A stretch of DNA of 64,000 nucleotides, from contig CAYQDB010000001.1 of the NCBI GenBank assembly GCA_964416195.1, positions 26,875-90,874 of the forward strand, written 5' to 3'. Positions within the stretch are counted from its first letter, which is position 1. Each line of letters begins with the position of its first letter. The position numbers and the translations under genes were made by a program. The stretch is from an uncultured Ignavibacteriales bacterium (GTDB lineage Bacteria > Zixibacteria > MSB-5A5 > GN15 > FEB-12). Below, one piece after another: positions 56,397-64,000 of the stretch. The notes under the pieces are model-generated. The model worked only from the letters and a program-made list of their open reading frames with translations, had not been told where the DNA came from and made no database searches.

Positions 56397-57578
56397 ATGC
56401 CCGTTAAAAAGGTAGTGATCGACAAGGCCAGCCGACTCTATCAACTTGCCCCTGAGATTCGGTCGTTTGTCCCTGCCGAACCTCGACGCTCGCTGGTGAG
56501 GAAGACCGAGGCGCTGGACCTGGCTACTTTTACATGGCCTGTTGGAGACCGGCAGAACCAACTTGCCGCTCGGGGAGGTCTCCAACCTGCAGCCCAGGAG
56601 AGATTGGACAATCTAAAAGAAGAACTGGCCGGGTGGTTTCACGCTTATCACGGGGCGAAGGTCGAGCCTTCCAAGGAGATATTCATTGGCGGGAGCATTT
56701 CCAACCTGATGTTCACGATTGCCCTGGCTTTTATTGACAACGGAGATATCGCGTTTGTACCGGAGCTGGGAATTCCGCTTTATCGGCGGGTAACGACCGC
56801 CTGTGGGGGAGATGCGGTGAGCTACTCCATCTCACCAAAGAACGGCTGGCTTCCTGACTTCGAACGAGTTCACACCCGCCTCGGTCATGTTGCCAGTATC
56901 CTCTTTCTCAATTCGCCTCACAACCCTACGGGAGCTGAGTTGAATGAGAAGGAAATGGCCGATCTGGCTTGGTTGGCCAGTCACGAGAATATCATAGTCG
57001 TCAATGATGTTGCTTACGGAGCAATTTCCGGCAGGAGGCATGTTTCTCTTATGTCGGTCACTGGCGGGAAGAGAGTAGGTGTGGAGGTTTATTCGTTTGC
57101 ATATCACTTTGGGCTTCCGGCTCTGCCCTTCGGCTTTGTGGTGGGCAATCGGGAGATTGTGCGTGGTCTGGAACTCGCCTCGCAAGTCGTGCCCAGCTTT
57201 GTTCCGGACTGCTACGTAAGGTTGGCTCTGCCGGCGGTCCGGCAGTTTCCTAACGATCTCATCAGGGAAGCTCGTGCCGTTGTGACCCGTAATGCGGCCG
57301 AAGGAGCCAAGCTCTTGACTATGCTAAGGCTTGAAAAGTCGGGTTTTGACACAGTACCATTTATCTGGGCGAAGATCGAACGTCGCCGACAGGCAGTCTC
57401 AGCCGCGACCCTATTGTACAGGCGCAGCCGTATTCTGGCGGTGCCGGGAACGGCCTTTGGCGGCAGCGGTGAGGGGTATCTGAGGTTTTCCCTGACAGCC
57501 CCACCTGCGTCGTACACCGCCGCTGTCGATCGGCTGAGGAAAAGGCGTAAGTTGGCAAGATTAGGTGACTACAAATGA
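56397..57578 (+). CDS. Class I/II aminotransferase-fold protein lacking the PLP lysine
   Basis: LNSPHNPTG, NDVAY, VPGTAFG and GYLRFSL present; SFAYHFG replaces SxSKTY. Confidence 0.8.
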   Translation: MPVKKVVIDKASRLYQLAPEIRSFVPAEPRRSLVRKTEALDLATFTWPVGDRQNQLAARGGLQPAAQERLDNLKEELAGWFHAYHGAKVEPSKEIFIGGSISNLMFTIALAFIDNGDIAFVPELGIPLYRRVTTACGGDAVSYSISPKNGWLPDFERVHTRLGHVASILFLNSPHNPTGAELNEKEMADLAWLASHENIIVVNDVAYGAISGRRHVSLMSVTGGKRVGVEVYSFAYHFGLPALPFGFVVGNREIVRGLELASQVVPSFVPDCYVRLALPAVRQFPNDLIREARAVVTRNAAEGAKLLTMLRLEKSGFDTVPFIWAKIERRRQAVSAATLLYRRSRILAVPGTAFGGSGEGYLRFSLTAPPASYTAAVDRLRKRRKLARLGDYK

Positions 57579-57973
57579 AAGATATCATACGTCTGAGCGG
57601 GATGTCCTTCTATGGGTATCACGGCCTCACTGCAGCGGAGAAGGAAACAGGGGGACTGTTCGAGGTTGACTGCGAACTTGAGGTCGATCTTTCCGATGCC
57701 AGTCGTTCTGACCGGCTGAATGATACTGTCGACTACCAGCGTGTTCACCACGTAATCAGGGACGCGGTGGAGGGAAAGGCTTTCTCGCTTCTTGAGGGGT
57801 TGGCAGGCAAACTGGCGACCAAAATACTTAACGCCTTTCCGGTTTACCGGGTAACTTTGCGCGTTCGCAAGATGAACCCACCTATACCGGGATATGTCAA
57901 GTTTATCGAGGTGGAATTGACGCGTTCCCAAAATGATCCCTTGAAGTTAGCAGGTAATCGCAAAGCTGAATGA
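57575..57973 (+). CDS. folB: Dihydroneopterin aldolase
   Basis: FYGYHG...EK, TVDY, LLEGLA and VRK motifs. Confidence 0.92.
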   Translation: MKDIIRLSGMSFYGYHGLTAAEKETGGLFEVDCELEVDLSDASRSDRLNDTVDYQRVHHVIRDAVEGKAFSLLEGLAGKLATKILNAFPVYRVTLRVRKMNPPIPGYVKFIEVELTRSQNDPLKLAGNRKAE

Positions 57974-57985
57974 TAGAGGACTGAT

Positions 57986-58495
57986 ATGGCGGAAACAGTG
58001 TACGTATTGATGGGCTCAAACGTAGGTGATCGAGAGAGAAACCTTTCGGCGGCGCTGGCCAAACTGGAAACGCTGCCGGGGTTGGAAATAGTAGCTGTCT
58101 CAGGTATCTACATCTCTGAGGCGGAGGAGATGGAAGGGGAAAATCCCTCCTTTATGAATCAGGTTGTTATGGGGGATTATCAGTACCTTTCCAACGAGCT
58201 GCTTGACAGCCTGGAGTTGATTGAGAAGAAGCAGGGACGTACCGGCAAGGGCAAAAAACAGGCGCGCACGATTGACCTGGACATTCTCCTGTTTGGCGAC
58301 AAGATTATTGAAACTGAGCGCCTGTCGATACCTCACCGGGAGCTTCTGAACCGACCGTTTGCGATGGTGCCGCTTTTGCAGATCGAGCCAGACCTCATCC
58401 ACCCCGTGGCAAAACGACCAATCGCCGAGTTCCTCACCGACCAACAGCGCCAAACGGTTTTGTTGTTCAAGGATCATGTTGCCCGAAATGTGTGA
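57986..58495 (+). CDS. folK: 2-amino-4-hydroxy-6-hydroxymethyldihydropteridine diphosphokinase
   Basis: MGSNVGDR, RTIDLDIL, IPH...NRPF. Confidence 0.93.
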   Translation: MAETVYVLMGSNVGDRERNLSAALAKLETLPGLEIVAVSGIYISEAEEMEGENPSFMNQVVMGDYQYLSNELLDSLELIEKKQGRTGKGKKQARTIDLDILLFGDKIIETERLSIPHRELLNRPFAMVPLLQIEPDLIHPVAKRPIAEFLTDQQRQTVLLFKDHVARNV

Positions 58496-59138
58496 GCACA
58501 ACTACATCGCCGTTGAGGGGGTGATTGGCGTCGGTAAGACCTCGTTTGCCGGGATGCTGGCGGAACGACTTCAGGCAGAGCTGGTAAACGAAGAAGTGTT
58601 TGAAAATCCATTTCTGGTTGATTTCTACAAAAACCGCAAGCGGTACGCCTTTAGCTGCCAGCTCTATTTCCTGCTTTCACGTTTTCAGCAACAGCAACAG
58701 CTTTTGACTCGAGACCTTTTTGCCCAGAGGATTGTAGCCGACTACCTGTTTGCCAAGGACTCAATATTTGCTTCGGTCAATCTTTCCGACCGCGAGCTGG
58801 CTCTCTATAACAAGTTGGCGCCGGTTCTCGCACGTGATGTCCCCCTCCCCGATCTGGTGATATACCTTCAAGCGTCGACGCCGGTTCTGCTGCAACGTGT
58901 GCGCAAACGGAACCTACCATTTGAGAAAACCATTAACGCTGATTACATCAAAATCCTGAACCAAGCGTATGACTACTTCTTTTTCAACTACAGTGATACT
59001 CCCCTGCTGGTGGTGAGAACAAACGACATTGACTTCGTGAATAATCCTAAGCACTTTGACGACCTGATCGAGCAGATCGGCAAGCCGATGGCTGGTAAGA
59101 AGTATTACGCCCCAGCCGGAAATCTTTCCCCAAGGTAG
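58488..59138 (+). CDS. Deoxynucleoside kinase
   Basis: IAVEGVIGVGKT, QLYFLLSRF, PDLVIYLQA; typical position between folK and panB. Confidence 0.9.
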   Translation: MCEHNYIAVEGVIGVGKTSFAGMLAERLQAELVNEEVFENPFLVDFYKNRKRYAFSCQLYFLLSRFQQQQQLLTRDLFAQRIVADYLFAKDSIFASVNLSDRELALYNKLAPVLARDVPLPDLVIYLQASTPVLLQRVRKRNLPFEKTINADYIKILNQAYDYFFFNYSDTPLLVVRTNDIDFVNNPKHFDDLIEQIGKPMAGKKYYAPAGNLSPR

Positions 59139-59141
59139 GAT

Positions 59142-59969
59142 ATGTCGAAAACGAACGATAAAAAGAGAACTGTTCAGACGTTCATAAGTAAGAAGGCCAA
59201 GGGTGAGAAAATCGCTGTTCTGACCGCCTATGACTATTACATGGCAAAGCTCCTCGACCAGGCCGACATCGATGCTGTCCTCGTCGGCGACTCGGCGGCC
59301 AATGTCGTCCACGGCTTTGACTCGACGCTTCCCATCACAATGGATGTCATGGTCGCCCATACTGCCGCCGTAGCGCGCGGAGCGGCAAAAGCTCTGGTTA
59401 TCGCCGATATGCCTTTTCTATCCTTTCAACCCTCGGTCGAGATGGCTATTGCGAATGCCGGACGCTTTCTAAAGGAAGGTCAGGCCAAGGCGGTGAAGAT
59501 CGAAGGCGGCATTGAGATGGCGGCAACAGTAAAGCGGGTAATCGAATGCGGAATACCGGCGATGGGACATATTGGTCTTACTCCGCAGTCCATACACCGC
59601 TTCGGTGGTCCGAAAGTGCAGGGAAAAGACAAAAAGTCGGGAGCCTACCTGATGGAATCGGCGCTGGCCTTGGAAGAGGTGGGCTGTTTTTCGATAGTGT
59701 TGGAATTGATCGATGCTGCAGCCGCATGCGAAATCACAGCAGCTCTCAAAACAGCGGCCACAATCGGGATCGGTGCCGGACCTCACTGCGACGGCCAGGT
59801 GCTGGTCACGAATGACATACTCGGACTACGCGAGGGCGATTTTAAACCCAAGTTCCTGCGCACGTATGCAGACCTTCCCCCGATAATCACTGCGGCAGTC
59901 AAAAAATACATAGACGACGTCAGGCGGGGTGACTATCCCGGCGAGGGAGAGTCGTACCACAGTAACTAA
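59142..59969 (+). CDS. panB: 3-methyl-2-oxobutanoate hydroxymethyltransferase
   Basis: LTAYD, LVGDS, ADMPF, VKIEGG, GHIGLTPQ, IGIGAG and DGQVLV. Confidence 0.97.
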   Translation: MSKTNDKKRTVQTFISKKAKGEKIAVLTAYDYYMAKLLDQADIDAVLVGDSAANVVHGFDSTLPITMDVMVAHTAAVARGAAKALVIADMPFLSFQPSVEMAIANAGRFLKEGQAKAVKIEGGIEMAATVKRVIECGIPAMGHIGLTPQSIHRFGGPKVQGKDKKSGAYLMESALALEEVGCFSIVLELIDAAAACEITAALKTAATIGIGAGPHCDGQVLVTNDILGLREGDFKPKFLRTYADLPPIITAAVKKYIDDVRRGDYPGEGESYHSN

Positions 59970-60022
59970 GTGACTATACTCGGTTCCACTCAGAGTAGGT
60001 TAATCGAAGCTCAGCCGAAAAA

Positions 60023-60051
60023 TAGGCAGGAGTCGGAGACTCCTGTCCTAC
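60023..60051. repeat. GTAG-type REP-like hairpin
   Basis: AGGAGTC-GGA-GACTCCT followed by GTCCTAC. Confidence 0.55.
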
Positions 60052-60090
60052 GATTTGTTGCATCACAACTAAAAAATGATATGAATCATC

Positions 60091-60270
60091 TCAGAAACCC
60101 CTTGACATTTTGACCTACGTTTTTTATACTTGAATAGTATTATCAATAGGATGTACAGCCGATTTCGTCTCAGCAAAGGTCACTTTATCGTACCAGCGCT
60201 ATAGTTTTGACCGACTTAAAAAAACCTTAAACAAGAGGAGAAGTTATGTCAAAATGCAGCGCCTCACGTA
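60091..60270 (+). repeat. Duplicated promoter/leader/start region (copy 1; copy 2 at about 62238-62420)
   Basis: Direct alignment by eye; includes an identical 37-nt block. Confidence 0.9.
60102..60130 (+). promoter_or_regulatory. Sigma-70 promoter
   Basis: TTGACA-17 nt-TATACT. Confidence 0.8.
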
Positions 60271-62048
60271 AAGATGCTCACAGGTATCTTATGCTCTGGT
60301 GTTTGCTGCTGGTCTTCGCATGGCTGATTCAACCGTCAGTCTTGTTATCCCAACCGGCAGATGTGCCCTCAGTAGTTATACAGCGGGTAAGGGATGTGCA
60401 GTTGGGGGATTCTGTTGCAGTCTCGATCAATTGGACTAACGATGATTCCACATTCGAAGTGGGCGGCTTTGACTTTCTGTTTGCGTATGGTACCTCAGTT
60501 CTTAATTTCCTTTCCGCCGAACCGGGGCAGTTGTTGGTCGACTGCGAGTGGGAGTACTTCCAGTATCGATACGGTTCTAACGATAGCTGTGGAGACTCAA
60601 CTTGCCCTTCCGGCATTGCTCGTGTTGTAGCCGTTGCTGATATTAACAACGGATCGATTCACCCAACCTGCTATGCCAACAGCCCCGGCGAGTTGGCCAG
60701 TTTACAATTTTTTGTGGCCGATGATCAAATCTTCGAGTGCCAGTTTGTACCGATACGTTGGATCTGGTATGACTGTGGGGACAACGCATTCTCCTCAAAA
60801 GTTGGTGATTCCCTGTTTGTCTCTCGCAATGTTTACGATTTTGAAGGCACTCAGATAGATTCATCTTTACCATTCCCGACTTTCTCCGGCGCTCCCGATA
60901 CTTGTGTGGGCGCTGAAGTTGTACGCGTGATTGATTTCTACAACGGCGGCGTTGATTTCCTCTGCCACGACTCAGTCAGCGTCCGTGGCGATATCAACCT
61001 GAACGGCATCTGTTATGAGATTGCCGATTGGGTGCTGTTCTGCAATTACTTTTTGTACGGGCTAAGTGTTTTTCACGTCAGCGTTGAAGGCCAAACAAAG
61101 GCTACTGATATAAATGCTGATGGCATCACTTTAACCCTCGACGACCTTATTTACCTCTGGCGAATTATCACTGGCGACAGCATTCCTTTTCCTAGGGTGC
61201 CGACGGATACCGCTGTGTTTACTCAGGATGTGACGAATCGGATCGTTGACATCGCTTACTCGGATAGCCTCACAGCCGCCTACCTGGTTTTTAGAGGAAA
61301 TGTCGTTCCTACATCCCTGGTGGGAGAACTGGGTATGTCTTACAATTTCGACGGTGTCTATACCCGAATCCTCGCTTTTCCTCCACTGGAAGGCGGCCCA
61401 CCGCCAATCTTCACCCCCGGTCCGCTTATGACCTATGAGGGTAACGGTCTGTTAGAAGAGGCGTACGTTTCCGATTACGGGGTGAATAAAATCGAGACCT
61501 CTATTCTCATCAATGGATACCCAGGCTCACACGCGGACATTTCTCCTGATACCATTTCGGCCTACTGGGGCTATGTCACTGATACGACTTATGCAACCGT
61601 GTATTTTGGTGACTTTGCCGATCGCGATGTAAATGATATCGACCAGCTATCTATCAGCATCAACGACATCGTCGCGCCGATTTCCATCCGGGTTTTGCCT
61701 GAGTGGCCCGGTTTTACAGGTCCAGTGATGGAGATCACTTTCTCTGCAGGTGAATTTGTCCAGAGTTACATGCCGCAGTATAACACCTCGGCGCGTAGCT
61801 ACCTGGTGAGCGGAGACTTTTACGATAGCAGCCCTTTTGCGGTGATTGGGCAAGTTACTATCAGCGGCACGGTATTGGGCGATGTTGATCTTAACGGTGA
61901 ATTGAACATCGTTGATGTGATCTTCCTTGTTGACTATTTATTCACTAACGGTGCTGTGCCCCCTGCAATGGAAGCTGCCGACATTTATGCTGACGGGTTT
62001 ATCAACATTGTAGACGTGACGTCGCTGGCGAAGCTCCTTTTTGAATAA
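60246..62048 (+). CDS. Secreted protein with cohesin-like and dockerin-like domains
   Basis: Signal peptide; GGFDFLFAY; GDINLNG...DINADG; terminal GDVDLNGELNIVD...DIYADGFINIVD. Confidence 0.8.
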   Translation: MSKCSASRKDAHRYLMLWCLLLVFAWLIQPSVLLSQPADVPSVVIQRVRDVQLGDSVAVSINWTNDDSTFEVGGFDFLFAYGTSVLNFLSAEPGQLLVDCEWEYFQYRYGSNDSCGDSTCPSGIARVVAVADINNGSIHPTCYANSPGELASLQFFVADDQIFECQFVPIRWIWYDCGDNAFSSKVGDSLFVSRNVYDFEGTQIDSSLPFPTFSGAPDTCVGAEVVRVIDFYNGGVDFLCHDSVSVRGDINLNGICYEIADWVLFCNYFLYGLSVFHVSVEGQTKATDINADGITLTLDDLIYLWRIITGDSIPFPRVPTDTAVFTQDVTNRIVDIAYSDSLTAAYLVFRGNVVPTSLVGELGMSYNFDGVYTRILAFPPLEGGPPPIFTPGPLMTYEGNGLLEEAYVSDYGVNKIETSILINGYPGSHADISPDTISAYWGYVTDTTYATVYFGDFADRDVNDIDQLSISINDIVAPISIRVLPEWPGFTGPVMEITFSAGEFVQSYMPQYNTSARSYLVSGDFYDSSPFAVIGQVTISGTVLGDVDLNGELNIVDVIFLVDYLFTNGAVPPAMEAADIYADGFINIVDVTSLAKLLFE

Positions 62049-62248
62049 CAGGCCACCGGCAGGTCTGTTGTGGTTATGTATCTTTCTAATTGTGGTATAA
62101 CAAATAGTAGGTTCGATTGAGGTTTCGTTAGGATTAGGATAAGAGAAGTCGTTTTCTGTCAATCACACCATCCCGATGCGGGACCGTGGGCATCCGATCT
62201 TTTTCCTCGTTGGAGAGCGGACAAGCCAAGTGAATCATCAGAAACCCC

Positions 62249-62277
62249 TTGACATTTCGACTTACGTTTTTTATAAT
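62249..62277 (+). promoter_or_regulatory. Consensus sigma-70 promoter
   Basis: TTGACA-17 nt-TATAAT. Confidence 0.85.
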
Positions 62278-62392
62278 TGGATAGCATTATCAATAGGATT
62301 TACAACCGATTTCATCTCAGCAAAGGTCACTTTATCGTACCAGCGCTATAGGTTTTGACAACTCAAACAAACCCTAAAAAACGGGAGGACTT

Positions 62393-64000
62393 ATGTCAAA
62401 ACGTAGCGTCTCAAAAACAGAGACCCCAGGGCGTCTTATGCCCTGGTGTCTGCTGCTGGCTTTCGCCTGGCTCATCTGGCCGTGCGCTGTCATGCCCCAG
62501 GTGACAGACCAGCCATCAGTGATGTTTGAGATAGTGCGGTTAACCGAACTAGGAGAGGAAACAGAGGTGAGCATCACCTGGGTCAACACTGATTCCACGT
62601 TTGAAGTGGCCGGTTTCGATATTCTCTTTGTATACGGCACCCTGGCTCTCAGTTTCTTGTCCGCCGAACCGGGGCAGTTGTTGGTCGACTGCGACTGGGA
62701 GTACTTCACCTACCGCTACTCGTCTTTGCCGCCCGACCGTGGTCTCGTCAGAACAGTTGCCATTGCTGAGACCAACAATGGTGACGACCATCCGATCTGC
62801 TATGCTGACAGTTCCGGCGAATTGTTTAGTCTCAGATTCCGTGTGACCAACGACCAGGCCTACGACTGCCAGTGGGTACCGCTTCGCTTTTACTGGGCCG
62901 ACTGCGGTGACAACGCCTTTGCCGCAAGGAGCGGGGAATCTCTTCTTGTCTCTCGTGACGTCTATGATTATGATTGGGAAGACGCGTTATACCTGCAAAT
63001 AAACAAGGATTCCCTGTTTCCCACTTACTACGGTGCCCCTGATGCCTGTGTGGACTCCATCCCACCGGGGGTCGCTATCCGCATGATTGACTTCTACAAC
63101 GGCAGCGTTTTGATCAAATGCCACGATTCAATAGACTTTCACGGTGACGTTAATCTGAATGGGGTGCCAAATGAGATCGCCGACTGGGTGTTGTTCGCCA
63201 ACTACTTCCTGTATGGGCTGAGTGTCTTTACTGTCAATCCTGCCGCTCAGATTGAAGCTACTGATGTAAATGCAGATGGCATTCCTCTGACTCTTGATGA
63301 TCTTGTTTTCCTGTGGCGGATTATCATTGGTGACGCATCGCCTTTCCCCAAACTGTCAGTCGACACTGCCGTGTTCACCCAGGACCCAGAAACAAAAACC
63401 GTAAGTATTGCCTATCCTGACAGCCTCACGGCCGTACATCTGATTTTCAGGGGAAATATTGTCCCCACGTCTTTGGTCGGAGCGCTGGATATGTCTTACA
63501 ATTTCGATGGTGTCTACACCCGAGTGCTGGCCTTTCCAAACAACTTTGGTCATTTTCCGCCAATCTTTAGCCCCGGCCTACTGCTGACCTACACGGGTAT
63601 TGGAGTGCTCGAAGAGGCTTATACTTCCGATTATGGCGTAGACCCGATCTCCACTGAGATTGACGTGCTTGCCAACCTGGAAGCCAAAACCGAGATTGAG
63701 CCAACACCTATGTACGCCTTCTGGGCATATGCCATCGAGCCTGTCATAGGCACTGCCTATTTGGGCAATTTCGACGGACCGGACGTAACTGACGTTGATG
63801 TATCAACTATCCGGATCAACGATGTCCTTGAGCCGATCTCCACACAGATCCTGCCCGGCCGTCCGGGATTTACCGGTGAAGTAATGGAGATCACTATCTC
63901 TGCAAGCGATCTAGTCCGCGGCTATCTTCCACTCTATGACACCGCCGGTCTCGTGTACAGTGTGACGGGGCAATTTGCGGACCTGACCTCCTTCACTGTT
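62393..64000 (+). CDS. Tandem paralogue of 60246-62048, truncated by window end (absent from the ORF track)
   Basis: GGGAGG RBS, ATG 62393; manually translated open frame to the window end (MSKRSVSK...AEPGQLLVDCDWEYF...GDVNLNG...PGFTGEVMEI). Confidence 0.88.
   Translation, partial: MSKRSVSKTETPGRLMPWCLLLAFAWLIWPCAVMPQVTDQPSVMFEIVRLTELGEETEVSITWVNTDSTFEVAGFDILFVYGTLALSFLSAEPGQLLVDCDWEYFTYRYSSLPPDRGLVRTVAIAETNNGDDHPICYADSSGELFSLRFRVTNDQAYDCQWVPLRFYWADCGDNAFAARSGESLLVSRDVYDYDWEDALYLQINKDSLFPTYYGAPDACVDSIPPGVAIRMIDFYNGSVLIKCHDSIDFHGDVNLNGVPNEIADWVLFANYFLYGLSVFTVNPAAQIEATDVNADGIPLTLDDLVFLWRIIIGDASPFPKLSVDTAVFTQDPETKTVSIAYPDSLTAVHLIFRGNIVPTSLVGALDMSYNFDGVYTRVLAFPNNFGHFPPIFSPGLLLTYTGIGVLEEAYTSDYGVDPISTEIDVLANLEAKTEIEPTPMYAFWAYAIEPVIGTAYLGNFDGPDVTDVDVSTIRINDVLEPISTQILPGRPGFTGEVMEITISASDLVRGYLPLYDTAGLVYSVTGQFADLTSFTV

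Noticed and set aside
1-64000. tRNA, rRNA, tmRNA, SRP or RNase P genes
   Set aside because: No T-loop GGTTCGAATCC cloverleaf or other hallmark motifs found by eye

Overview
64-kb bacterial chromosomal window. The many signal-peptide proteins with C-terminal FlgD-like sorting or dockerin-like domains suggest candidate division Zixibacteria or a relative (inference). Most of the window is housekeeping and envelope genes: amidohydrolase, nfeD-SPFH, hbd-ackA, GT2, a RecB-family nuclease, lipA, an HD-GYP regulator, site-2 protease, sbcC-like ATPase with SNase, a sigma-70 factor, HtrA, and an aldolase-aminotransferase-folB-folK-dNK-panB operon. Large modular secreted proteins and several REP-like palindrome families are interspersed. 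The stand-out is a ~13-kb phage head gene cluster (15158-28200): portal, large terminase, prohead protease, scaffold-like, decoration, HK97-type major capsid, beta-propeller, adaptor-like, fibre-like and holin-like genes. It has no recognisable integrase, replication, tape-measure, tail-tube/sheath or endolysin gene, and no visible att repeats. It looks like a domesticated head-only or short-tailed, GTA-like particle system. Its oddities are a protease fused to degenerate DNA-ligase/LigD-like domains, a terminase whose conserved N-terminus lacks a canonical start codon, an antisense PEP-CTERM gene, and two genes with signal peptides. All family assignments come from motif recognition by eye; no database searches were run.
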